DNA of 63,480 nucleotides, counting the filler, from Octopus bimaculoides (Eukaryota): assembly GCF_001194135.2 (NCBI RefSeq). It is 5 parts of 5 records of this genome, joined end to end, with 100 filler letters (N's around TTAATTAATTAA, not from the genome) between each part and the next. Parts side by side here need not be neighbours in the genome. Positions count along the whole stretch, not along the records: positions 35,324 to 57,611 come from NC_068992.1; positions 57,712 to 62,364 come from NC_069008.1; positions 62,465 to 63,480 come from NW_026416511.1; 2 more parts are not named here. One strand, given 5' to 3'. The notes beneath the pieces were generated by a model. The model ran no database searches, was not told the origin of the DNA, and was given only the letters and a program-made list of their open reading frames with translations. Shown piece after piece: positions 52,706-63,480 of this stretch (position 1 is the stretch's first letter; each line of letters opens with the position of its first letter). A program made the position numbers and the translations under genes.

Positions 52706-53447
52706 TATTAAGCGGAAAGCTAAACATTTTGTAGAAGGAAGCAGTTAATAACATCAACTTTCATTTCTGATCAGGAGCAGAAATGGTTAAGGATCATCAT
52801 AGCCATGAGTTGAGAGGAATTCTTTGGGATTTGAATAATTCACCTCCGAAAAGATGGCTGTTTCGTTCAACATCATTAAACAACTCTTATTCAAGAACCT
52901 TTTGAGCGGGTAGGGCTACTCGGCCTGAAGAATATTCTAACTGGGCCTCACTTGCAAGGTCATAGGCTGTTTTTCTTGATATAAGATGACCATGTCACGC
53001 GCATATGGTTGAGAAGCATGTGTCTGGTGTACCCTTATCACACATGGGATGAGGGGGTAGATTGGACATTGAATGTTTATAAAGCAGCATCACTTTGATG
53101 GCGTGTGTTGCTCTCTCACTCAATAACGGTTGATTTTTTTTTTTGTGTGTGACATGGATTGTAAGTAGTTATATCAACGCCAATAATTGACTTATCAGTT
53201 CTATTATCGGCGCCATAATCATCAGGTTTGAACCATTAACGTTGACCAACGCAAGCATAAACTGCAATGCATTCTGTCCAAATCTCTACCAATTCTTCGC
53301 AACCAAATCCCTTGGGAGATGGTGTTGGCCGTGAGAAAAGGCAGACATGGGTTGTATTATAGGCGTAAGTACGTCGTTGCAAAATAGCACCAATAGCATT
53401 ATCAACAACAATGACGACGGTGGTGATGATGATGATGATGCTGAAAT

Positions 53448-53450
53448 AAC

Positions 53451-53515
<65 letters not shown>
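53448..53515. repeat. (AAT)n microsatellite
   Basis: Direct reading. Confidence 0.95.
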
Positions 53516-53516
<1 letters not shown>

Positions 53517-54233
53517 TGTGAGGATGAAGACGATAAATGCGCAAAGATATCAATTGTTGGTTAACTGAATAAATAGTTCGATAAAATAGCTTGCAGCTAT
53601 CATTTAACATAGAACTTCGATTATTTTGCATAGGTTTGGTAAAATGGTAAAAACGAAACACTAAATATATGCATGTGTTACTTTGTGTATGCGTGTGTAT
53701 GTATGTGTGTGTGTTGGGGGGGGGGGTGAGTTCGCTGTGGCACTAGAAATTGTATTGAGTGCAGCAGGAAACTTAACATTTAATTAAGGATGAAAAATAA
53801 ACGTATGCACAAAAAAAAAACACATTTATATAAATACACGCATATATATATATATGATTGGTTATGTTTTGAGAATATTCAGTAAAAGACTGTATTATCT
53901 ATGAATGCAAACATAGGGGAAGTAATCTGAAACTAGGCAAGAATATACAGTGGTACATTGCCGCACACACACACACACGCACATGTATGTATATACCTAT
54001 TATTATATTATATATGTATGAATGTGTGTTTGCGCTTGTGTGTGCATACATATGTATGTATCTATGTATGTATGTACGTCAGAGATGCATATATACATTT
54101 AGATATGGCCAATATAACAACGTAATCTATACCAGTCGATACCTCGATATCCAATTCATATCACTAGCTATTTGATCTGAATATTTTCTTTAGTTACTGT
54201 CTGCTTGTATTGTCTCCTTTCGTTGTATGTATG

Positions 54234-54299
<66 letters not shown>

Positions 54300-55825
54300 G
54301 CATGCAGCCATTCATATATATAAATAAAGTTCGACACATATTTATATATACATCTGTTGCGTCAACATATTTTGTTTTCTTTCATTATGGATAACTTTCA
54401 TAGAAGTCTCTTTTTTCATATATATTGGTTGAATAGTGTTTTGTATTATATGAATGTATATATGAATGTATGTGTGTGAGTGAGTGTGTGTGTGTGTGCG
54501 TTAGAGTGTAAGGTATGTGCGTATAATGCACCAATAGTGTGTGTGGGGCTGATGGAATATAACTTAGAAGCGTGTAATGGATGTTAAATACGCAAGTGTT
54601 AGAGTCTCATAATATAAAGTGAACTGGAAATCTACAATTACCTATACTACACACATTTATCTATATGCTTATATATNNNNNNNNNNNNNNNNNNNNNNNN
54701 NNNNNNNNNNNNNNNNNNNNNNNNNNNNNNNNNNNNNNNNNNNNNNNNNNNNNNNNNNNNNNNNNNNNNNNNNNNNNNNNNNNNNNNNNNNNNNNNNNNN
54801 NNNNNTATATATATATATATATGCATGTGTATGTATATATATATATATATGCATATACAGATATATATGTGTGTGTTTGTGAGTTAGCGCCCCCTTGATT
54901 AAAATAAATTACTGTCAGAGAATGAAATAAATACCACCCTCATAACATATTTTATGTTTCCCATAAACTGTTTACATATGCTGTGCTGTAGCATGGCCTT
55001 ACCATTGACGACTAAAGCTGTTTAAAGAACTTCTAATATTAATAGTCGCCACTCTAAAGTGTGTAAAACTCTGCGAGATAATTGTTAACGTTAATGTGGT
55101 TTTAATACGTTTGTAGACGGTCCATTGACATCTTCGTCACTTTTCGCTATACTACAATGCATCAACGATGGTCATACAGCATTCTAGAAACATGAGCCAG
55201 ATCTCTCTCAAATCAGAGGAAGGGTTCGACGTAGAGTATCCAAAATGACCTTTGGATATTGCGACCTTCATTTCCATCCAAACGGGATAAAAAAAAACGA
55301 CCGGACGGTCGGAGCTGAAATAAATTTGCTCATTTGATCTTAAGTTTACTCGATCTGAGCCGACCAAGGGCTGAACAATTACAGCCAAAATTACCAAACT
55401 TCCTCTCCAATTATTGCAATCAATATTATTTTAATTTAATCAATAAATAAAAGGCTTTTGAATAATATTGTTTGGCAAAATTCTGAGACTGCTATGTTCG
55501 CTCCTCACAACTCACTAAATCCGCAAATTATGTGAAATATCAAAGAGAAAATGGCGGCACCGAACCATTGTATCCACTCTACTCTGTTGTTTTGTTGTTT
55601 GAAACAATAGTTTGATTTACCGATATTTGACTGCTATTTTTGTCAGTTTTAGTCACCAATAATAGTGTCTGTCTCCTTTTGTGAGATCAATTCTGGTTTG
55701 CTGGTCTGACATTACGCCTCAAATCTCTCATTCTGAAACTATGTCAATGGTATAAGGCGGTATCGATGTACAAACATATGGACAAGTGATGTAGAAGTCA
55801 GCATCTCTCTCTCTCTCTCTCTCTC

Positions 55826-55876
<51 letters not shown>

Positions 55877-56189
55877 TTTTCTCCTCTCTTTCTCCTCTCT
55901 TTCCCAGCTGAAAGGAAGTAGAGATGACTCTAGGTTAAAAGAATGTCTAAACATTAGAGCCTATTTGCCGTACGGGGTGCACTTAATCTATCACACAATT
56001 TAACACCATCAGTTGGAACCTCGAGAGACATTTTGGAGACCGTTGTTTTGCAAGCATTCATGCCAGGTCTTCGCTTTAAGAATACTTTCCTCCCTGGCTC
56101 CGATTAGTCGCGGAGACCTTGTAAAGAGTCGTGTAAATTGGTTTTCTTCCTGACTGAATGATTTAAAAAAAAAGGAAATACACAATTGT

Positions 56190-56381
56190 AAGCGCAGACG
56201 TGGCTGTGTAGCAAAACGTTTGCATCCCAGCCACATGGTACTGGGTTTAGTTCCAATGCGTAGCTCGTTGGATGCCTTCTTCTATAGCTTCAGGCTGATC
56301 AAAGCTTTGTGAGTGGATTTGGTAGACAGAAACTGAAAGAAGTCCCTTCATATGTGTGTGTGTGTGTGTGTGTGCGTGCGC

Positions 56382-56427
<46 letters not shown>

Positions 56428-57045
56428 TTATTATGATTGACCGTTGACTGAACACTATTCAATTTCTTTTCTCCGTGTTTTTCTCCTTGTCTCCGTATTC
56501 TTTCTGTNNNNNNNNNNNNNNNNNNNNNNNNNNNNNNNNNNNNNNNNNNNNNNNNNNNNNNNNNNNNNNNNNNNNNNNNNNNNNNNNNNNNNNNNNNNNN
56601 NNNNNNNNNNNNNNNNNNNNNNNNNNNNNNNNNNNNNNNNNNNNNNNNNNNNNNNNNNNNNNNNNNNNNNNNNNNNNNNNNNNNNNNNNNNNNNNNNNNN
56701 NNNNNNNNNNNNNNNNNNNNNNNNNNNNNNNNNNNNNNNNNNNNNNNNNNNNNNNNNNNNNNNNNNNNNNNNNNNNNNNNNNNNNNNNNNNNNNTATATA
56801 TATATATATATATATACAGACATGCGAGTGTGTGATTTTGTTGGTGTTTGTTCCCCTCCGCCGCGTAACAATCAGTTGTTAACTTGCTTATATCCCCGTA
56901 ACGTAGCGGTTCAGTCAAGGACCAACAATATTAGTACCGGACTTTAAGAAAAGTCGTGGGGTCGATTCGTTCGACTGAAAACTTTCCAGGGCGGTGCCCC
57001 AGCATGGCCGTAGTCTAATGATTGAAACGAATAAGGGATAAGAGA
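56190..57045 (+). mobile_element. SINE family B halves (56190-56345 and about 56825-57045) separated by microsatellite, unique sequence and an N gap
   Basis: The 5' head/core and the 3' block CCAGCATGGCCGTAGTCTAATGATTGAAAC are in the same orientation. They may be two separate copies. Confidence 0.7.
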
Positions 57046-57611
57046 TAATTATTACTGCTACTTGAAATAAAATATTTCCGATTTCAGAATTTCAATTACT
57101 GACTTTAGAATTATAGCAATTACTGGATAATTATTGGAGAAAATTTCTTGACAAAAAAAAAAGGACATTAAAATGAAAATAATATCTGCTCATATATTAT
57201 CTGCTATGTATTTGCCAATGGAAAGAGGGAAAACATGCTTGAGTCAAATTGTAACCGATTTCCCTATCTCGTTAGTAATAAACTATTCCTTAGTGTCCAA
57301 TAAGATGAATTTAATCAACTTCTTTCCGCCTGAAGTAAATGAGGAAGAAAAAGTAAATTGAGATTTCATACTGAATGTTATATAGAAAAACAGGAAACAT
57401 AAAACAACGCTTTCAAAATTATGTGTGTGTCTGTGTGTGTGTGTGTGTGCGTGTGTGTGTGCGTGCGTGTGTGTGTGTGTGTGTATATTTATAGATGTAT
57501 GTATATAAATGCGTACATTTGAATATTTGCTTAATTGTGCAGGTGAACGTGTGTGCTGTTATATGTATACATATATGTATGTATGTTCCTTTACATGTAT
57601 ATATATATATA

Positions 57612-57711
57612 NNNNNNNNNNNNNNNNNNNNNNNNNNNNNNNNNNNNNNNNNNNNTTAATTAATTAANNNNNNNNNNNNNNNNNNNNNNNNNNNNNNNNN
57701 NNNNNNNNNNN
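57612..57711. other. artificial 100-bp scaffold spacer (44 N + TTAATTAATTAA + 44 N)
   Basis: Same geometry as the other three. Confidence 0.95.
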
Positions 57712-57758
<47 letters not shown>

Positions 57759-57829
57759 TACATACACATAGATATATATACAGATACATATACATATATA
57801 TACATATATGTGTGTGTGTATACATATAT

Positions 57830-58228
57830 TCTTTTATTCCTTTACTCATTCCAGCCATTTGACTCCAGCCATGCTAGAGCACCACCTTGAAGAGTTTTAG
57901 TCAAATAAATCAATGTCCAGGATGTATTTTTTAAGCCTAATACTTATTCTGTCAGCCTCTTTTGCTGAACCGCTAAATTACAGGAAAGTAACCATACCAG
58001 CAGTGGTGGGGGTACATATGCAGACACAAAGACACACAAACCTAGATATATGCACATATATATATGTGTGTGTATATACAATGGGTTTCATTTAGTTTCC
58101 ATCTACCAAATCTATTTACAAGGCTTTGGTCAGTGCAAGGCTATAATAGAAGACACCTGCCCAGGTGCCATGCAATGGGACTGAACCCAGAGCCATGTGT
58201 TTGGGAAGCCAGCTTCTTACCACACAGC
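57830..58228 (-). mobile_element. SINE family B, full length, CpG-eroded
   Basis: Collinear with 9342-9745. Confidence 0.85.
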
Positions 58229-58321
58229 CACGCCTGTGCCTATACATATGTGTATGTATGTATGTTTGTAGACCAACAGACAGACAGACAGACAGATGCA
58301 TACCTACATACATACATACCT

Positions 58322-58660
58322 ACACCATTAAAACAACTGAAAAATTGGGTTTCGAGTTCCTGGAACATTCTGCATATAATCCAGATCTCACCTCTTCCAA
58401 GTCTCACCTCTTTGGACCACTCAAACATTCTTTGTTGATTTGCTACGGACAAAGAAGCACAGGAAGCACTGCATAAATGGCTGTGTGACCAGCCATAAGC
58501 ATTCTTCTCTAATTGAATAAAGAAACTTGTGGACCACTGGGAGGAGTTCATCGGAAAGCAAGGGGTTTATGTCAAATAAATGATGTCATTGTTCTAGACG
58601 TGCTTTTGTTTTAATGTTTTACAGAAACGAGAGTGTGTATAACTTATTTACTCTCAGTTT
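58322..58660 (+). mobile_element. mariner transposase C-terminal remnant
   Basis: EKLGFEFLEHSAYNPDLTSSKSHLFGPLKHSL, then after a frameshift FATDKEAQEALHKWLCDQP...IKKLVDHWEEFIGKQGVYVK*. This is a degenerate HPPYSPDLAPSDFHLF motif plus the mariner C-terminus. Confidence 0.8.
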
Positions 58661-58809
58661 TGTTATCTACATTTCTTCATTACTGGAAGACCTTCTTAAG
58701 TATGATAATTAAAGAAAGATACTTTCCATCACAACCTTGTTACCAAGTAGGTGACCAGTCAAAAAATTACTCTAAAATTAAAAAGAGAAAGAGAACAGAC
58801 AGACATACA

Positions 58810-59836
58810 TGCATTCAGGCATACAGGAGGCTGATAACATCATAAGACTTGGAAAGCAGCTCCTTGAACAGCATTCCTTGTCTGATAACCTTAAATATAT
58901 GCCCAAAGAAATCATACAACTCTACCATGACATATCAGATGAAAGGATGAGCATACATGTGCAGAAGACCATGCATGGATATGTTAGTAGAAAGCTCTGA
59001 GGTGATAGTAACATTTATCATCAAAGCAGTCTATCATGAACCAATAGCCAGATTACTACCTCCCAGTTTGAAGGGTATACATTTGCAATCCAGAAAACAG
59101 TCAATATCAACCAAATACCTGATGTGCAAAAGGGATAGAGAGGCAGGAAAAGCAGTAAAATGTGACAACCGATGCAGACTTTGTGGAGTTAACACCAAAG
59201 ATATCACCCACATCATATGCAGTTGCCTGAAAATGTCATCACAGTATCATCTACTGATGAGAAATGATGTTGTGGCTAGGACACTCTATAATGAAATCCA
59301 TTGGAAGGATAGCCTCAGGGACAAAGAAATAAGAACCCACAGTATGGTAGAAGCCTTAAACACAAGGGAGTACTGGTGGAATGTTCCAGTGAAGACCTCA
59401 ATAAAATGTAAACACAACAGATCTGATATAATGATAAAGAGAAATTGTGCACAGTTGTGGAAATTAGCTGCCCAGGGGATGTTAACATGAAGCTGAAGAT
59501 TAATGGAAGAGAGAATACCTATGCTGAACTATTCAGAAATCTGCAGTTACTCTATCCAGATTACAAGTTTATGTTTATACCTGTAATTATTGGGGCCCTG
59601 AGATGTGTAACACACTAACTAAATATCAATCTTGAGAAATTAGGCTTTCCAAAACCAGAAAGGAGAAAGCTAATTCGAAGACTAGAGATCCAATTCGCCA
59701 CTGGAACTGTAATAATCTGTAAATATATATGAGTATGTCTAGAGATGTAACTCTATGCACGAGAATACATACATAAAGCAAAACATACAAATCTGCACAT
59801 ATACATACATAGAAACAAAAATACCCTGCTGTTGAT
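58810..59836 (+). mobile_element. non-LTR retrotransposon with restriction-like endonuclease (R2 group, R4/Dong-like), 3' fragment with frameshifts and stops
   Basis: KTMHGYVSRKL; zinc knuckle CRLCGVNTKDITHIICSC; EYWWNVPVKT...KHNRSDIMI; and in a second frame EISCPGDVNM...TYAEL...FIPVIIGAL, a PD-(D/E)xK-type endonuclease. Confidence 0.85.
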
Positions 59837-59927
59837 GAGAACACTTACCTAAACACTCTCAGAGATGCATTGATGGAACCGTACTATTAAAACCAAACGT
59901 ACAAATGTGTTTGATTGTAAATGCTCA

Positions 59928-59966
59928 TATAAATGAAGCTAGGTTGGTGCCTGTCTCGTTTCAGTC
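59928..59966 (+). promoter_or_regulatory. TATAAAT (59928-59934) plus TCAGTC (59961-59966): TATA/Inr promoter or 3' splice acceptor of the CAP exon
   Basis: The motifs are read directly. CTGTCTCGTTTCAG also fits a splice acceptor. Confidence 0.4.
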
Positions 59967-59970
59967 AAAG

Positions 59971-60117
59971 ATGTTCATGGCTCCATGTGTTCTGCTTCTG
60001 GTCATTTTGCCTTTGATGTCCACTAAACTTATTAACAATGAATACCTACAGAAATTCATCGTCCGTTTCCATAACAAGATCCGAGGTCAAGAGAGGGCTG
60101 CTGACATGATGAAACTG
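59971..60117 (+). CDS. first coding exon of a secreted CAP/SCP-domain (CRISP/GLIPR1/PI16-like) protein, 49 aa; downstream exons not found
   Basis: MFMAPCVLLLVILPLMSTKLINNEYLQKFIVRFHNKIRGQERAADMMKL has a hydrophobic signal peptide, the HNxxR motif and the A.(N/D)M..(L/M) motif. A CTG|GTATGG donor follows in phase 0, where vertebrate CRISP/GLIPR1 genes also have an intron (from memory). Confidence 0.8.
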
Positions 60118-60124
60118 GTATGGT

Positions 60125-60360
60125 CTTTGTTGTTGTTGCTGCTGCTACTGCTATTGCTACTGCTGCTGCTGTTGCAACTGCTGCTGCTGCTGCTTTTGTT
60201 GTTGTTGCTTTTACTGCTGCTGTTATAGTGGGGAGTGGTGGTTCGGTTTGTGGTTGTTTTGTTGGTGTTTTTGGTGGTGTTTGTAATGCATTGCTGTTAT
60301 GGTGGTTGTTGTTCTGGTGCAGTGTTGGTGACGGCACAGTTATTGTTGTTGTCTTATTAT
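60125..60360. repeat. degenerate TGT/TGC/TGG trinucleotide tract at the start of the CAP intron
   Basis: Direct reading. Confidence 0.9.
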
Positions 60361-60382
60361 CAAACTGGTGGCCAGGTTGTTC

Positions 60383-60705
60383 TGAAGACATGTGGCTTAG
60401 CGGTTAGGGTATTCGGCTTACAATCATAAGGTCATGAGTTCAATTCCCGGCAATGCATTGTGTCCTTGAGCAACACACTTTATTTCACGTTACTCCAGTT
60501 CACTCATTTGGCAAAAATGAGAAGTGCCTGTATTTCAAAGGGCCAGCCTTGTCATACCCTGTGTATCATGCTGAATCTCCCTGAGAACTACATTAAGGGT
60601 ACACATGTCTGTGGAGTGCTCAGCCACTTGTATGATAACTTCGCAAATTGGCTGTTCCCATGATCGGATCATCAGGAACCATCGTTGTCATAACCATCCA
60701 CCTAT
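60383..60705 (+). mobile_element. SINE family D, full length
   Basis: GTGGCTTAGCGGTTAGGGTATTCG...GAGTTCAATTCCCGG...TCCTTGAGCAA...GGCCAGCCTTGTCA...GTGGAGTGCTCAGCCAC. Confidence 0.85.
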
Positions 60706-60830
60706 GATATCTAACTCCTGATTTGTCTGTCAGTCTGTTTGAAGCATGTATTAATGTATGCATGCATGTATGTTTGCAGCTATGTATATTTGTTTGCCCC
60801 TTTATGTAGTAACTATGTATAACTCTCTCC

Positions 60831-60884
<54 letters not shown>

Positions 60885-60889
60885 TGTAA

Positions 60890-61050
60890 CTTTTAGTACA
60901 ATGCCAGTAATTTTGGGGGAGGGTGTAAGTCGATTACATCAACCCCAGTATTCAACTGGTACTTATCTTATCAACCCTGAAAGGCAAAATTTGAACTCAG
61001 AATGTAAAGACGAATGAAATGCCCCTAAGCATTTTGTCCAGCACAGTAGT
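60890..61050 (-). mobile_element. SINE family A, internally deleted
   Basis: GTCGATTACATCAACCCCAG...TGGTACTTAT...GAATTTGAACTCAGAATGTAAAGAC-like blocks. Confidence 0.75.
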
Positions 61051-61129
61051 AATTTCACCACTTCACTTTATATATATATATATATTCATATATGGTCATT
61101 AAGAATGAAATGTCTGATTTTGAACTGAA

Positions 61130-61955
61130 AGTTTGTTTTACTTTATCTCAAGAAAAAGCACCTACATTATCAACACAATTTTGCCATTTTATCAGTTGCT
61201 TATTTATGCCAGCAGCGAAAAATTCTGGAGAACATGAGGTGATGAAATCACAAAAGGCTGTTTTTGCATCTTCTTCAGATTTGAAGTTTTTTTCTTTGCA
61301 AAGATTGTCTAATGCCTGGAAAAGTGATAGTTAATTGGTGCAAGGTCTGGTAAATATGGTGGATGAGAGAATACTTTCAAGTTCAGTTCCTGTAGCTTGA
61401 GTAGTGTTCTTTGTGCAACATGTGGTTGCGCATTGTCTTGCAAAAGAATTGGCCTGTCTCTATTGACCAACCTCGGTTATTTTATTGCAAGTTCACTAAT
61501 CATTTCATCCAATTAGTTGATGTTTACATCTGCTGTAATTGACTTACCAGGTTTCTTGAATCCGTAGTGGATGAAACCAATGCTGGACCACCAAACAGAC
61601 ACCATTAGCGTTTTTTGGTGAATTTTTTTTTTTGAATTGTGTTTTGGCACTTTGTCTCTATCCAACCATCATACAGAACGCTTGCTATTGTTGAAAACAA
61701 TCCATTTTTCATCACACATAACAGTATAATGCAAAAATCGTTTGCTTTCATACTGTGACAGCAAAGAACAAGTTTCAAGATGACGTATCATTTTATTCTT
61801 GTTCAGTTCATGTGGTACCTACTTGTCGAGCTTCTTTACCTTGGCGATTTGTTCCAGATGGTCCGATACAGCTGGAATCAAAATATCAAATCTTGCAGAT
61901 AACTCACACGTAGTTTGTGATGTATCCGCTTCCACTACAGTTTCTAGCTCATCAT
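61130..61955 (-). mobile_element. mariner (Hsmar1/cecropia-like) transposase remnant, 5'-truncated, inactivated
   Basis: The minus strand gives KVKKLDK*VPHEL, MCDEKWIVFNN, LMVSVWWSSIG, ILLQDNAQPHVA, HPPYLPDLAPINYHF and GINK...WQNCVDN. It contains stops and frameshifts, and the third catalytic D is changed to N. Confidence 0.9.
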
Positions 61956-62364
61956 TGTTATGTATTCTTTTGTTCTTTATGGGATAATAAACAACTCACT
62001 GAAGGCATTGTTATGTTTCTATGTGTTTATTTTATTTGACATGTTTTCAAACAGTGTCTATAGCGGAGTGATACACGCTGTGCGTATCTGCCTTAAACAC
62101 AGTTCATACTACTTAGTGGATGCGCTTAACAAAATAGTACTGCTAGTGAAGATGTATTCATATATACGTATACCTATGCATGCACATAGATATGAACATA
62201 TAACATCCCTTCTTCTTATAGAAGTAATCTCCCTTACACTAATGGATAGTCAGTGCAAGGGTGGCAATCCTGCAGCAGAAACCGTGGGATTATTCTGCCC
62301 ACACACATGGTTTTCTGCTTCCTAATCTAGCAGAAGTAGTTGTTTTATTTTCCTTCTCTCTTAA

Positions 62365-62464
62365 NNNNNNNNNNNNNNNNNNNNNNNNNNNNNNNNNNNN
62401 NNNNNNNNTTAATTAATTAANNNNNNNNNNNNNNNNNNNNNNNNNNNNNNNNNNNNNNNNNNNN
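62365..62464. other. artificial 100-bp scaffold spacer (44 N + TTAATTAATTAA + 44 N)
   Basis: Same geometry as the other three. Confidence 0.95.
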
Positions 62465-62928
62465 TATATATATATATGTATATATGTATACATATATTTA
62501 TATAACACATACAAACACACATATACACACACATATATCTTCTAATTATAACCGCTGTTCATTCCCTGGATGAGGGGTGAACAAAAGAAATCAATGATGA
62601 ATATATAATTGCTTTTGGTGTACAATCATTTTAGCTTACAACTTCACAAATTCCAGCTATTTTCATTAACAACAACAACAACAACAGCAAAGAACTACAA
62701 AACCAGATTAGAAATTATTGGAAACAAAGGTGAAAAACTGATATTTATACAACATAAACTGATTGGTTGATGAAATCTCTTTACAAACTCTAAACTCTGC
62801 ATGTATTGTTGTGATGTGTGAACGTTTAATGGACAAATGTTGAGTAGCAACTAAAAACGAACAGCAATTGATCAATTATATATTATAAGCTTCTATTTGA
62901 TGTAGAAATAATTTCTGTAAACATATGG

Positions 62929-62972
<44 letters not shown>

Positions 62973-63438
62973 ATTGTTCTTGACTGGTATTAGGTGGCTG
63001 TCATCCTCTTGGGACATCTATCGCATTTCATGCCTTATTGTAGACTTTTGTTTACCATGGCTGTTTTTCTTTGATCATAATCAATTCTGTATAACCCTAC
63101 CCACCTGCTTTATCCTCACCATTTGTAATATTCTTTCATATATTGTCCTTGAGACAAATAAAAGAAAGCATCACCACCACCACTACCACCACCACCACCA
63201 TGACCACATTCCCACTACCACCACCACAACCATTACCACTTTTTTGTTTTTTTTTCTTAAGGTAACAAGCTAACAAAATCATTAGCACTTTGTGAAGGAA
63301 AAAAAAAATGCTTAACAGCTTTTCATTCAGCTCTTTTATATTGGGTTGATTTTACATTTTATCCTGTTGAGCACTGAGGTTGATGTAATCAACTAACCCC
63401 ACTACCTGAAATTATTGACCTACAGCCATAATTAGAAA

Positions 63439-63439
<1 letters not shown>

Positions 63440-63480
<41 letters not shown>
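63440..63480. repeat. (AAT)n microsatellite, tail of a SINE A 3' fragment (about 63350-63440)
   Basis: GAGGTTGATGTAATCAACT...GAAATTATTGACCTACAGCC...TAGAAAG followed by AAT repeats. Confidence 0.8.

Noticed and set aside
55548-55558. AAAATGGCGGC as a gene start or YY1 promoter (also CGGCCATTTT near 38900)
   Set aside because: The ORF ends after 19 codons with no donor, and there is no supporting context. It may belong to an unidentified DNA-transposon end.
60118-60228. Poly-Leu extension (VWSLLLL...) of the CAP ORF as a transmembrane tail
   Set aside because: It begins at a GT donor in the expected intron position and consists of a triplet repeat. The VW match to the CAP consensus comes from the donor sequence GTATGG.
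58322-61955. Composite mariner transposon carrying the CAP exon
   Set aside because: The two remnants are dissimilar, both lack their outer (5') ends, and no shared terminal repeats or TA duplication were seen.

Overview
Eukaryotic, AT-rich, repeat-dominated genomic DNA from a gapped short-read assembly. The tRNA-derived SINE families and the very high microsatellite load look like an octopus genome (inference from recalled repeat sequences, not a database search). Nearly all ORFs in the supplied track are artefacts of microsatellites or N-runs. One protein-coding exon is well supported: 59971-60117 (+), encoding a signal peptide and the start of a CAP/SCP (CRISP/antigen-5/PR-1) domain and ending at a phase-0 GT donor. 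Its remaining exons were not found in the window. A weaker candidate is a small secreted-peptide gene at 3204-3532 (TATA, Inr, GT-AG intron, 38-aa ORF, AATAAA). The rest comprises about 35 SINE copies or fragments of at least four families, three degraded mariner remnants, a restriction-like-endonuclease (R4/Dong-type) LINE 3' fragment, two RTE-type LINE 3' fragments, a Helentron-type non-autonomous element, an ~84-bp tandem array and many microsatellites. Four identical 44N-TTAATTAATTAA-44N spacers are artificial joins. Two of them appear to coincide with a change from CpG-poor to CpG-retaining sequence. I found no rRNA, authentic tRNA or CRISPR array, and no convincing new biological system; the leads are listed with their uncertainty. 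Repeat boundaries are approximate (about +/-10-20 bp), and family labels A-E are my own working names.
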